A DNA stretch of 64,000 nt from Podarcis erhardii (taxonomy: Eukaryota). The stretch lies in the NCBI GenBank assembly GCA_964252035.1, contig OZ176216.1, one strand, 5' to 3'. The position numbers were made by a program, and so were the translations under genes. The notes under the pieces were generated by a model. The model was not told where the DNA came from, ran no database searches, and saw nothing but the letters and a program-made list of their open reading frames with translations. Shown here piece after piece: positions 35,356-46,489 of this stretch (within the stretch, counting starts at the first letter, position 1; each line of letters begins with the position of its first letter).

Positions 35356-35811
35356 CATAGAATAGAATCATAGAATCCTAGAGTTGGAAGAGACCACAAG
35401 GGCCATCGAGTCCAACCCCCTGCCAAGCAGGAAACACCATCAGAGCACTCCTGACATATGGTTGTCAAGCCTCTGCTTAAAGACCTCCAAAGAAGGAGAC
35501 TCCACCACACTCCTTGGCAGCAAATTCCACTGTCAAACAGCTCTTACTGTCAGGAAGTTCTTCCTAATGTTTAAGTGGAATCTTCTTTCTTGTAGTTTGG
35601 ATCCATTGCTCCGTGTCTGCTTCTCTGGAGCAGCAGAAAACAACCTTTCTCCCTCCTCTATGTGACATCCTTTTATATATTTGAACATGGCTATCATATC
35701 ACCCCTTAACCTCCTCTTCTCCAGGCTAAACATGCCCAGCTCCCTTAGCCGTTCCTCATAAGGCATCATTTCCAGGCCTTTGACCATTTTGGTTGCCCTC
35801 CTCTGGACACG
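35356..35811 (-). mobile_element. Young CR1 LINE 3' end (copy 1)
   Basis: [42 protein letters not shown]...; (ATTCTATG)n-type tail. Confidence 0.95.
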
Positions 35812-36665
35812 GAAACAGAAACTCCACTGGGAGAAATGGAAACTAGTCCCAATGCAACAGGAGTAATTCAGACAAGACAAATCGAAAGTGCTTGTACATA
35901 AGGATTTTGGTGGGTGCCTCTGCCTTATCTCAGAGTTCAAAGGCTGCCCAACATGATAACACCCACCACTAATTATTTCAGCCCAGGTTTCTCCTGTTCT
36001 CTTGGCAGTTTGGTACCTTTTCTCCATGGAAAACCTTTGAGTCACAGGAGCAGCTGACAAGTGCCCAGAGGGCAGGCGCATCCATATTTCTCTCCCTCCC
36101 TTGTGAATGCAAAGGATTGGCATGAGCAGCAAAGGGAATCCCTGCAGCGGCCAAGTCATATCCACACACAACATGCTGCCCACAGCAGCCTCCACATCAC
36201 TTGCCTGCAGAGGAGAACTAGCCGGCTTTGCTTTATGAGCTTGGGGGCTGCAGAGAGTGCAGCAGAGCAGCCCATCCTGACAGGGGCCTTGAGTGCTGAG
36301 TGGAGCCAGAAACTGCAGAAACATGGGCTGAAGGAGACAGGCCAGTTCCACAGAAATTGTGCAAAGGTGCAGGAAATGCATCCAGATGAGGACTGGCCCC
36401 AGGAAGGTGCCAGCAAGGCTGTGTTATTGTGGAGCTTGCTCCAAAGGGGGAAGGGGGAGATAACACCTGTCCCTGTTCCTTCCTGACCTTTGGCCATGCT
36501 GGCTGTGGCTGATGGGAGTTGGGGGACCAACAACATCTGGACGGCACCACATTGGCTTCCCTTGTTGTACAGCACAAAATAACCCCAGGCGGAATCACCA
36601 GCATGGCTGGGGTGGTTTTAGGCGACAGGCCATCAAGAACTCCCACATTCCAAGCAAAAGTCAGC

Positions 36666-36704
36666 TGGTTGGTTGGTTGGTTGGTTGGTTGGTTGGTTGG
36701 TTGG
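36666..36704. repeat. (TGGT)n microsatellite
   Basis: About 10 units. Confidence 0.95.
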
Positions 36705-37212
36705 ATGTAGATTTACCTCCAGAATTTCAAGCACTGAACTCTTGGAGATTAAAACTACCACAGGAAGTGGGGCAGCTGGAAGTAAAGATAACAGAGGCCA
36801 TGAGCTGCTCACGTCCCTCCCTCTTCACTGCTCTGTCATGACTGCTCATTCCCAAGCAACCAAAATGTCACAACTGACGGCATACTCTCTTCATCTATGA
36901 TATAAAGTGTATTTCAGCTCCCAAGTAAATTCTAAGTGCATTTCATAAAAATAGGGAGCTGAATTCTGGAATGCTGGTTTTTTAAAAACAGGACCAACCG
37001 TTGACTACTTAATATTGCAGTGTATTGCCTGGGTCCTAAAATAACCCCTAGGAAAAGGAAGCAGCAGCAGGCCTCAGGAATAAGTGCCCCCTGCCCTGCG
37101 CTAGACCACTGGAAGGTGGGTCCTCTTGGGAAAGCTACAATTAGTCAAGGTTCTTGAGTTGCTGAAGGTAGGCACAGCCTTGTTCCAGCTTCCTGGGACA
37201 GCAATAGAACTA

Positions 37213-37218
37213 TTTATT
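37213..37218 (-). terminator. Candidate proximal poly(A) signal (AATAAA) for INPP5K
   Basis: AATAAA about 140 nt past the stop codon. Confidence 0.5.
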
Positions 37219-37359
37219 TCCTAGGAAATGATGCTCTGGGCTGCTCAAACTCACATGCCCACCTGTGTTTCTAGCCTTCTTCAGAGAGAGGCCTGTTTCT
37301 AAGGCAGAGGAAGGAGGTTCCCTCCTCACAGACCCCGCTGCAGGGGCACGTGGCACAGT

Positions 37360-37461
37360 TCAAAAGTCACATGGTGGTTTCTCATCACAGAGCTGCTCCT
37401 GCATCCTGCTGACTCCGTCCCAGGCCAGGTCCTTCTCTGCTAACATTCTCCTTGGTTGAAT
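37360..37461 (-). CDS. INPP5K: INPP5K exon 12 coding part (IQPRRMLAEKDLAWDGVSRMQEQLCDEKPPCDF*)
   Basis: Polypyrimidine tract plus tttcag acceptor, phase 0, TGA at 37360-37362; the tail is poorly conserved so this rests on splice signals. Confidence 0.75.
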   Translation of the reverse strand: MQPRRMLAEKDLAWDGVSRMQEQLCDEKPPCDF

Positions 37462-37486
37462 CTGAAAGGAGAGATCAGTCCTTGTT

Positions 37487-37602
37487 TTTTATTATTTATT
37501 ACAGTTCTCTCCCACATTTCCTCCGAGGAGCTCAGGGCTGCATATACGGTTCTCTTCCCCTCTCTATTTTGTCCTCACAACAACCCTGTGAGGTAGGCTA
37601 GG
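37487..37602 (-). mobile_element. MIR/CORE-like SINE fragment in INPP5K intron 11
   Basis: cctcacaacaaccctgtgaggtagg MIR core. Confidence 0.6.
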
Positions 37603-37712
37603 TAATCCAGAGAGGAGAACCATTTCCCCAGGTGATTCCAGGAACATAGGGAAGAGCTCCCTGGGGGTTCTAGGAAGCTGGCTTGTGCTGAGTCAGCCCA
37701 TCAGCCCCATAC

Positions 37713-37817
37713 CTGAAAGGGCTGACTGATGCCAACCAGGGATTGCATTGTGTTGCTGTAATAACCCAGGAGAAACTCTCCTCCCGTTGCTGGAAGCTCC
37801 TCAGCACTGAGATAGAC
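37713..37817 (-). CDS. INPP5K: INPP5K exon 11 (VYLSAEELPATGGEFLLGYYSNTMQSLVGISQPFQ)
   Basis: 105 nt; CAG...GTATGG. Confidence 0.94.
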
Positions 37818-37904
37818 CTGGGGAAAATAAAGCAAAGGCAGTCAGCATTCAGCAAAACATCTGGAACGAAGCAGCCAGCAGTGATAACCTCTCTTCCCCC
37901 TCAC

Positions 37905-37988
37905 CTGCTTGGCATCCTCCTCAGAGGAAATCTCGTTGTCTTGCACCCAGGCGTACATCACGTAGTCATTTGCATGCTTGAAGGTCAC
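37905..37988 (-). CDS. INPP5K: INPP5K exon 10 (VTFKHANDYVMYAWVQDNEISSEEDAKQ)
   Basis: 84 nt; CAG...GTGAGG. Confidence 0.94.
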
Positions 37989-38606
37989 CTGCAAGGGGAG
38001 AGAGCTGCCTTGAGCACAACTTGGCTGTCAGGGGAGTGAACACCTGTCTAATATGTGAGAGCTATTTGCTCTGGTTAGCTAAGGAAATGGGATGCAAACT
38101 CTGAACTGTTTCACACTTCAGTATTGCTAAGAGTGATATAAGGTTTTAGAAATGAGGAAATAGGACGACAAAAGCAAGATTAAGCCAAGGCCACACAATG
38201 ATTTATCACAAAGTTTGTAACCTTTTCTCTAAGGAAATTATGGCAACACATAGAGGCTTAGACACAGACAGAAGAACTGGCCTAAATAATCCAAAAGATT
38301 CCCATACCAGAGACCAAGTCTCTCATCAGTCTCCTGGCTTTTGACAGCTTCCATCACAATGAGAATTTTCAGGCACAAGGAGGTTTGCCACTCACGAGCC
38401 TCCTCCTGTCTCTGAGCCTTGCCTTTGTTTCTGCAGCCTGTTCTTTCCCCCAAGGGAACCCTCCAACCCTGATACCTTGGCTCCACACAACCCACCACTG
38501 CCTCCTTTTAGTCATCCTTGGCTGCAGGATGCCAAAAATCCTCTTGGAACTGTGGGCACTCTGGGCAGGAGGAAATCTCTGGCACTGTCAGGAGGGACCA
38601 GGAGAA

Positions 38607-39017
38607 CCTTATGAGGAACGGCTAAGGGAGCTGGGCATGTTTAGCCTGGAGAAGAGGAGGTTAAGGGGTGATATGATAGCCATGTTCAAATATATAAAAG
38701 GATGTCACATAGAGGAGGGAGAAAGGTTGTTTTCTGCTGCTCCAGAGAAGCGGACACGGAGCAATGGTTCCAAACTACAAGAAAGAAGATTCCACCTAAA
38801 CATTAGGAAGAACTTCCTGACAGTAAGAGCTGTTCAACAGTGGAATTTGCTGCCAAGGAGTGTGGTGGAGTCTCCTTCTTTGGAGGTCTTTAAGCAGAGG
38901 CTTGACAACCATATGTCAGGAGTGCTCTGATGGTGTTTCCTGCTTGGCAGGGGGTTGGACTCGATGGCCCTTGTGGTCTCTTCCAGCTCTATGATTCTAT
39001 GATTCTATGATTCTATG
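38607..39017 (+). mobile_element. Young CR1 LINE 3' end (copy 2), in INPP5K intron 9
   Basis: [31 protein letters not shown]...FKQRLDNHMSGVL*; (ATTCTATG)n tail. Confidence 0.95.
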
Positions 39018-39089
39018 AACCTCTTCTTCACACGGAGACAATGGCACAGTTTTTCTCATGACCACAGCACACCTCACCCTCAAAGGAGC

Positions 39090-39380
39090 AGAGGAAATGG
39101 AAGCCAGGCCATTGGTATGCTGGCTCTGTGCTGTCTACAACAGGCATCTCCAACCCGCGGCCCTCCAGATGTTTTGGCCTACAACTCCCATGATCCCTAG
39201 CTAACAGGACCAGTGGTCAGGGATGATGGGAATTGTAGTCCAAAACATCTGGAGGGCCGAAGGTTGGTCTACACTGCAACAGATCTCCAGGGTTTCAGGC
39301 AGGGGTCTTTCCCAGTTCAAGAGGCCAGGAATTCAACTAAGGACTCTTCTGCATGCCTCTGCTGTTGAGCTACTATCCTG
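39090..39380 (-). mobile_element. Squam2-like SINE interrupted by a hAT MITE
   Basis: The SINE halves flank 39141-39267 and rejoin at gtctaca. Confidence 0.55.
39141..39267. mobile_element. URR1-like hAT MITE (palindromic)
   Basis: Long imperfect palindrome ggccctccagatgttttgg.ctacaactcccat / atgggaattgtagtccaaaacatctggagggcc; near 8-bp TSD gtctacaa/gtctacac. Confidence 0.8.
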
Positions 39381-39412
39381 CCCCCCTCAGTACACATCTG
39401 TGGCAATGTCAC

Positions 39413-39550
39413 CTTGTAGAGACCAATCCAATCCCAGGCACTGCTTGGAAATTCAGGAGCTGTGGAGTAGCGGACGGTGGCATCTTGCTCAGCATCCCAG
39501 GTGCCCACAGGATGCAGCCTGACCAGTGGGACAGGGGGCAGAGGCTTCAT
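39413..39550 (-). CDS. INPP5K: INPP5K exon 9 (MKPLPPVPLVRLHPVGTWDAEQDATVRYSTAPEFPSSAWDWIGLYK)
   Basis: 138 nt; SKICH WDWIGLY; CAG...GTGACA. Confidence 0.95.
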
Positions 39551-39637
39551 CTGGAAGAAAAGGAAAGAAGTTGTATCCCATAGCCACCCATTCAGCAGCA
39601 GTCAAAAGCCGCTCTTCAGGCTCCCAGCTCTGAAAAT

Positions 39638-39931
39638 GGTGGTGCCTCGCAAGACGAAATTAATCCGTTCCGCGAGTCTCTTCGTCTAGCGTTTTTTTCG
39701 TCTTGCGAAGCAAGCCCATTGACGGCTTAGCAGATTAGCGCTATTAGCGGCTTATCGGCTTAGAAAAAGGGGGGGGGGAGGAAAAGAACCCTGCAGGAAC
39801 TCGCAAGACATTTTCGTCTTGCGAAGCAAGCCCATAGGAAATTCATTTTGCGAAGCACCTCCAAAATGGAAAACCCTTTTGTCTAGCGGTTCTTCCGTCT
39901 TGCGAGGCATTCGTCTTGCGGGGCACCACTG
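39638..39931. mobile_element. Tc1/mariner MITE
   Basis: TIRs gtggtgcctcgcaagacgaa / ttcgtcttgcggggcaccactg-TA. Confidence 0.85.
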
Positions 39932-39955
39932 TAATCCCCAAGTGCTGCCACTTAA

Positions 39956-40303
39956 AGGTAAAGGGACCCCTGACCATTAGGTCCAGTCGTGGCAAACTCT
40001 GGGGTTGCGGCGCTCATCTCGCTTTATTGGCCGAGGGAGCTGGTGTACAGCTTCTGGGTCATGTGGCCAGCAGGACTAGGCCGCTTCTGGCGAACCAGAG
40101 CAGCGCACGGAAATGCCATTTACCTTCCCGCCGGAGCGGTACCTATTTATCTACTTGCACTTTGATGTGCTTTCGAACCGCTAGGTGGGCAGGAGCAGGG
40201 ACTGAGCAACGGGAGCTCACCCCGTCACGGGGATTCGAACCACCAACCTTCTCATCGGCAAGTCCTAGGCTCTGTGGTTTAACCCACAGTGCCACCCGCG
40301 TCT
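39956..40303 (-). mobile_element. Sauria SINE (lacertid POM/Squam1-type), full length
   Basis: Minus strand gacgcgggtggcactgtgggttaaacc...ggttcgaatccc...gtagataaataggtaccgc...gggtccctttacct; 14-bp TSD gtgctgccacttaa at 39942-39955 and 40305-40318. Confidence 0.93.
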
Positions 40304-40744
40304 TGTGCTGCCACTTAAGGTATCCTAAAAAGGTTGTAGAGTGACCCTCCAAAAAAATGTGGGGGGTGCAGCAGCTTCACAGGAGACCTTCCCAAATCAG
40401 TAGGCAGACGCAGTTACAGTTTGCAAGCACCTACACGAGAGAAGAGTTTAAACGGGCCTGGAAATCAAAGGCAGAGTCAATCCTGTTTATCTACTTAGGG
40501 TGCGAGGGCTCTTTCTCCACCAGCCATAAGATGGTTCGTGATCTGTCTTTGAGACACAGAGCAAGACTGCAAAGCAACCATCAGAAAATGCACCTTGGGT
40601 AGCTGGAAAGCTTGTAAAGCCTTCCCAGGTCTTCTGTAGCAGGGCTTCATCGTCCAGCCATTTCTCTGATGGAAGGGACCGGAGTCGTGACCCGGTTCCC
40701 TTTTCCTAGAGCCAGTTCTGCACTCAGTGAGAGGAGAGCATTAC

Positions 40745-40934
40745 CTCAAGCACAAAGGTCCCAGTGACAGGTTTGTGGTCGCTGATGCCGTAACTCATGT
40801 GGCTGATGTAGCTGTGCAGGGACACAGAAATGGCCTCCTCTTCTGGCATCTCTCCTGCTTCCGAGGCCAACTGCAAAAGATGCTTCACCCTCCAGAGGAT
40901 CCGGTCCGTCCATGCAGGCTTCCGCTTCTTCCCA
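40745..40934 (-). CDS. INPP5K: INPP5K exon 8 ([18 protein letters not shown]...[20 protein letters not shown])
   Basis: 5-phosphatase motif PAWTDRILW; 190 nt; CAG...GTAATG. Confidence 0.96.
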
Positions 40935-41359
40935 CTGCAAAAGGGGAGGCAGTGAGGACACACCAAGGAAGCAAAGCACCCATGGCAGCAGCAGAGGCAT
41001 TATGGGGACAAAGCAACCCAATGCATACACTGCCCCCCCCGCCTTCATTTTACAGCTCAATCAAACAACATCTGTACATTAGCAGATCTAAAAGAAAGGC
41101 AGACAAAGGAGGAGGGAGGTTAATCAACTTCGTATCAGAAAACAACAGGAACTAGCAGCAACCAAGTGTTAACCAGGCTGCATCAGCTACATTTACATGA
41201 AAACGTCAAGTGCTCAGGAGAGGTTTGCCCACATTGAAATTTGTGCTACCTGCATTTCTGGCCCTGATCCTGGGTAGTTTTTCAAAAACTCTGCTGTCTC
41301 TTCAGAGTGAAATGGTCATAACCCCAGGAGACAAACACAGCCTGGGCTACTTGGTCATT

Positions 41360-41494
41360 CGCAGAGGACTCAGAGCATGAGGCTTTTAATCTCACGGTCA
41401 TGGATTCGAGCCCCACTTTGGGCAAAGGATTCCTGCACTGCAAGGGGTTGGGCTAGATGACCCTGCAGATCCCTTCCAACTCTATAATTCTATA
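41360..41494 (+). mobile_element. tRNA-Lys-derived SINE with CR1 tail (Squam3-like)
   Basis: agagcatgaggcttttaatctcacggtcatggattcgagccccac is tRNA-Lys(CTT)-like with a B box, fused directly to a CR1 tail. Confidence 0.75.
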
Positions 41495-42279
41495 ATAGAA
41501 AGATGTGGGGAGAAGACAGTTTGCTCGGCAGCACTAAACTCTTATTGCCACCGGAGTTATCAGTAACTTAAGATCTGACCTGTTCACTCCATTCCCCACC
41601 TGGGTCTCTTTGAAGGGATTAAGCTACCCAAGGGGCAGCTGAGCAACCTACGAATCCTGTTTTAAGCTGCTGACCTGACTAAATAGCAGCCAGCAGAGCC
41701 CTTTTGTGCCTTGTAGAAGCAAGTGCAGCAGAAGCATTTCCTATCCTGACTTCTGAGGAGCCCCAGCAGGCAGGCAAGAAAGCAAACCTAGTGAGCCAAC
41801 AAAATTGAATCCACAAGGGTTATCATGCTGGAGAACAGCTGCTTTCTTCATCCCCATTAATCACTGTGGGGGAAACTCTCCCTTGCACCTAGATGCAGGA
41901 GGCTCTTTTTTATTTCAGGTCCATCGTGCCAATTAGCAGGTTAGGATCAAGCCTCCAGCAGCTGGAGAGAATAGAGCAGCAACAGTTTGAAATGCTAATA
42001 GTCTAATAGTCTAAAATGCTGAAGATTTGGAAAGGAGGGCATCAAAATCTCCTTACTTAAACCAAAAGAGTGTCTTCTGCCCCCTGAAATAGAAACAGAC
42101 ATTAGTGCAAAAATCCCAAACACCAATTCCACTGGAGCTCTTTTGGAGGACGGGGCCAAGACACTGATGAAGCTCTCTCCTTCCCCAAACCGCCTCCCGC
42201 TTTCTTCTCAGGTGATTCACCTTCACCAGCCTGGTCATACATCCAAGATGGGTGTGCTGTGGGGGTAACCAGCATTTAC

Positions 42280-42389
42280 CTGGTGTCATAGTCATTTGAG
42301 TACAGGTCAAACTTGTAGGTGGGTTTGAACTTCAGGGGCCCCTCCATGAATTCTTGAAGAATGGGTTCCTTCTTCTTAGCGATGTTAAG
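42280..42389 (-). CDS. INPP5K: INPP5K exon 7 ([37 protein letters not shown])
   Basis: PTYKFD motif; 110 nt; CAG...GTAAAT. Confidence 0.96.
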
Positions 42390-42498
42390 CTGCATAAATA
42401 AAAAGAAAGGAATAACAGAAACGCAAAGCAGCAACCAGGCCCAACTAAAAGAATCCTACATAGGAGAAGTTCAGCAGCCTCCTCTTCGAGGCTTGCTT

Positions 42499-42503
42499 CT
42501 TTC

Positions 42504-42535
<32 letters not shown>

Positions 42536-42538
42536 TCG
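42499..42538. repeat. (TTTC)n microsatellite
   Basis: Imperfect TTTC run. Confidence 0.85.
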
Positions 42539-42870
42539 GAAAGGAGATCCACATGAAGGTCATTTTACTCCACAGAAATCAATATGGAATGGGACAGGCA
42601 AGTTTCACAACTTCCCAGGAGGAAATTTAGAGCCAATTGTGAAATAGATATGGACCAGGAATAAGGCAAAAAAAATATGACAACAAAATGTAAATATTCA
42701 CAGATTTGTTTCCAAGTGACATTTGGGGGGGGGTGAGTCATGGGTGGGTGGAATCAGCTGGAGAAACTGTAGGGTCTTCCATCAGGGGAAGCCAGGAGAG
42801 AGAAGAAAGCAGAAGGTCCTGGTGGTGGCACCTGCACAGGAATGAAGAGAAGAGAACTTGGAGGTAGTAC

Positions 42871-42982
42871 CTGGTCCTTTTCCCACAAAAGGCTGAATCG
42901 GCTGTTATTGATTGATTCTCGAATGAAATGCAGGCCGTAATCTTCAATCCGGAAGTTCAAGTCACCAAACCAGAAGAGAACG
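42871..42982 (-). CDS. INPP5K: INPP5K exon 6 ([37 protein letters not shown])
   Basis: Catalytic WFGDLNFR; 112 nt; AAG...GTACTA. Confidence 0.96.
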
Positions 42983-43872
42983 CTTCACAGAGAAGAAACG
43001 AGAAATAACTGCTTAAGAAAGCTTCGAGGCAGACATCAGACATAGCAGATTCATCCGCACATATCATCTCAGGGGCACATTTACTCTGTAGTTCTCCATT
43101 ATCTTTCACCACTGTGCAAAGTTATCTGTCCTCTTGCTTGCTTTGAACTGCATGGTTTTTTCCCATTAGGAAGCATCACTTAGTCTTGAAAGTGACAAGG
43201 CGCGGAGGGCGGGGCGGAGTCAGGCTCACTACTTACAGTGGCTCCCAAAAGAGCTGCCAGAACAATGCTCAGAATGGTCCTCCCTCTCTGGTCCAGGCAC
43301 CTTACCTCCCTCCCTTCGCAGAACCAGGTGCTTCAGAGCAAAAGGGAAGACTTTCCAAGCTTGGGAGTGAGACCAAGGGCTGTTCTGCTTGAGGACCTCC
43401 TCTTCTTCCAGGAATTTTGTTCCCTTGAACGGACTTCTGCGGAGCTCTGAATAAACCCTAAACTACAAAATTCCACAGCCGCTATCTCTTTTTAGGAGTT
43501 GGGCAAAAAAATTGTTATTTACCTGGGAATTTGGAGCGTCAAGTAAGTTTGTGGCCTTCTGCTCAGCTTTTTATTAGGATAAGTTGAATTGAATCCACAT
43601 TTTATTGATGAACATTTTAGATTGTTTTTAATGTTCATTTTTGTAAACCACTTTGGGTTGCTTTTGTGGAAACAGCAACAAATTAATCACCACCACCATC
43701 TTCATGAAATAACCGTCTTCCGGATGCTCTCACTTTGGGTTCAAAGCTATCAGAGGGGCTCCCTAAACTAAATGGACAATGACATATGCAGCAGAGGCCA
43801 AGCCAAGCTGCATCCTCTTTTCCTAGAAGCAAGACAGCAGGGCAGCCTCGACCAGGTTCAGTTGCCACTCAC

Positions 43873-44048
43873 TCGTGATCCAGGACGTTGGGAATCTTTT
43901 CGCCTTCAAACTGCTGCATCTCCAAGATACGCTCAAAGTCATCCAACCGCTGTCCTGCATTCTCCATGTGGGCTGGCAGGTGGCAGTTCAGGAAACAGAT
44001 GGTATGTCCATAGACAGACATGCGAGTGGTGACGCCCCCCTTGTTTCC
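43873..44048 (-). CDS. INPP5K: INPP5K exon 5 (GNKGGVTTRMSVYGHTICFLNCHLPAHMENAGQRLDDFERILEMQQFEGEKIPNVLDHD)
   Basis: GNKGGV and NCHL motifs; 176 nt; TAG...GTGAGT. Confidence 0.96.
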
Positions 44049-44728
44049 CTACAAGACATAAGAAGCCAAGGCACCAACGGATCAGGTCCCCCAGATCACA
44101 CAACAACAGTGCTTGAGGCTGTTTTGAGACTTGTTTCCACTGAACTTGTTTCCATTTACAGGTACATTTCAGAAGCAACACCTACCATTCATAAATATCA
44201 AACACAGTGCTATTTTTCTAGAAAAAGAGGTGTTGGAACTTATCAGGAATACCTCCTTTGTTCTCTTATAATGGCAACGGCGCCCACCTGAGATGTGTCG
44301 GAACTGAGTTCCAGTGAGTTTCTGCTAAAAAAAGCTCTGGTCAATCCCAAATTTGTTTGAAGACAAGAAAGGGACTGGAATCCTCAAGACAACAGAGAAG
44401 TATGCCACCATGAGTGTTAAATAGGTAGCCAGGAATCAGACTGTTCTTTGGGTACAGAAGCAAGGAGCAAATTTGCTAGCACCAGGGATGGCAGCACTTT
44501 TTGCTCTGATGTGGTCCAATCCTGCATCATCATACAGATTAATCTCCATAGCCCTGGACAAGTTTATAACTTCAGACAAAATGTTTTAAAACTTTACTAA
44601 AAGGAGTAAAATTCTATATGTTCTTTTATTCCTCACTGAAGCCACCGCAGACAACATGCAGAAGCCAAGACTAAGTTGCAATTTGAAAAAGCCATTAAAA
44701 TGTCTGGAAAACACGGTGAGCTGCTTAC

Positions 44729-44845
44729 CCAATATCCGTAGAGACCCGTGCGAGTGAACTGGCTCTGAATGTCCCGTATGAAGGGGACGTGAGGCTGCTT
44801 TGCAAAGACCAGGAGGAGGAGGCCCTGCATGCGCATGGAAGACAC
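44729..44845 (-). CDS. INPP5K: INPP5K exon 4 (VSSMRMQGLLLLVFAKQPHVPFIRDIQSQFTRTGLYGYW)
   Basis: 117 nt; CAG...GTAAGC. Confidence 0.96.
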
Positions 44846-45284
44846 CTGCAAGCAGAGGAGATTTTTAAAAAACAAACACTAGCGACCCCCCCAGAAAAGG
44901 TTAGGATGCCCCAGGAAATCCCAGGCCTGGGAAGGGAGTCCAAACACTGCTCAGTTGGCTAAAGAAAGGCGACTGCATCTTCTCTGAGGGCCAAGGAAAG
45001 CTTCTGCTTCCTCCATTCTTGATGGAATTTGAGATAAATGGAAGTCAGGCAGTACCAAGAATCTCTTCCTGCCCAGCCCTGATAAAGGCACTGGGGAGCA
45101 TCTGACCAAAGCCAGTGCAATGCTCAACAGAACTCTGGCCGTAGAGTAGTGTCTGAGGACCAAGCACAGGAAACATCAAAATTGTAGCCTTGCCTTATTT
45201 AATTTAATGCACAGCCACTGCAATTCTAGGTGGTTGGTAGGCCTTTTGGAATCAAACCAGACTAGAACATTCTTGAAATCAAAA

Positions 45285-45490
45285 GAACATAAGAAGTTCC
45301 TTCAGCAACTGGATCAGGCCAAAGGGGTCCTCTAGCCCACTGCCCTGTTTCCCATAGTGGCCAACCTGCTCCCCATAAGCAGGACCTGAAAACAGCAGAA
45401 ATACTCTCCACACTTGTAATTCACCGTATTCAGAGGCACTTATTGCCTCCAGACCAGTGGAGGGAGCACAGAGCCACTGTGACTACATTA
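45285..45490 (-). mobile_element. Old CR1 3' UTR fragment
   Basis: agaacataagaag...ggatcaggccaaagg...ctagcccac...tattcagaggca; related to 17.9-18.1 kb. Confidence 0.6.
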
Positions 45491-45778
45491 CTTCTTGCAT
45501 CGGAGACAATTCTAGAACACTTAATTCCAAAAGCCAGCCTTGAATGGTTTCTGCTTTGGCGAGTCCCTGGGAGGAGCGGGTAGTCGCTGAGAATGCCTCC
45601 CCAACATGCCTTTCCTATGCTGAATGCAAACTCTGGAACACTTGCAGCAGATCTAGGACTGTCTGCTGATCAGGAAGGAGGCAGGGCCACGCCCAAATGA
45701 CAGGACACCTCACATGAGAGAATATTCATCAGGAGAATATAAGCCAGAGGCCACCAATAGACAAATCAACATGATTAC

Positions 45779-45887
45779 CTTGACATAGCGCAGAGGAGAA
45801 AGAACATTCATGAAGAAAATACTCCAAGGATCATCAAAGGCCATGTCGGATAGGAAATTCACAATCTTGGAGTTCACCTCCTGTAAA
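45779..45887 (-). CDS. INPP5K: INPP5K exon 3 ([36 protein letters not shown])
   Basis: 109 nt; CAG...GTAATC. Confidence 0.96.
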
Positions 45888-46381
45888 CTGAACACGCCAG
45901 GGTTAACCTAGGTAATCTTACATCTCATTTTGACAAAAAGTACCCAGACCTATTGGGAAACACTAAGAGCAGGAGCGGCTGCTGTCCCTCTGCTGTCCAA
46001 TAAGATGTTTGTTAATCTTTTAACCCATTGCCTGCATCCACAGGAAAGCAGAGGAAGGGAGGGTGCATCACTACACGGTGGCACAATTCTGGATACCATC
46101 TTAGCACACTAAATACTGACTATTCAGTACTACTCAGTGAAATCACACACCAAGAGCATTCTTTCTCGAAGTCCACACAATCCTGAATGGCTGCCCCTTT
46201 TCTTGAATGAGATCTCTCACCTGTGCCACATTCCCCCTATGTCCAGAGACCTACAGAGACCTTCTGCAAAAGATCTCAAGAAGCACCATGCTCGTGAAGG
46301 CCGCCTCCTCGCTTCTGCAGATGGCATGAGCAGGATGATATCCCCAAGAAGAGCCCCAGCTCTAGTTCCCAAAATACCTAC

Positions 46382-46489
46382 CCAATGACATACATGTCCA
46401 TTTCCTGGTCTTGCACGTTGAGCTGCAGCAAAGAGGTGACATCAGGAGGGGGAGAAGCTGTGCCCACGTTCCAAGTCACCAAGTGCAAC
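46382..46489 (-). CDS. INPP5K: INPP5K exon 2 (LHLVTWNVGTASPPPDVTSLLQLNVQDQEMDMYVIG)
   Basis: VTWNV motif; 108 nt, phase 2-2; AAG...GTAGGT. Confidence 0.96.

Noticed and set aside
41360-41425. tRNA-Lys gene
   Set aside because: Degenerate 5' half and stems, fused directly to a CR1 tail, so a SINE head
43305-43330. Possible 25-nt cryptic (poison) exon in INPP5K intron 5 (gaag|...GGGAG|GTAAGG)
   Set aside because: Splice-like signals only; no conservation or expression evidence available
44245-44270. ENKGGI resembling the start of INPP5K exon 5 (GNKGGV)
   Set aside because: Similarity ends after 6 codons and a stop follows; the true exon is 43873-44048
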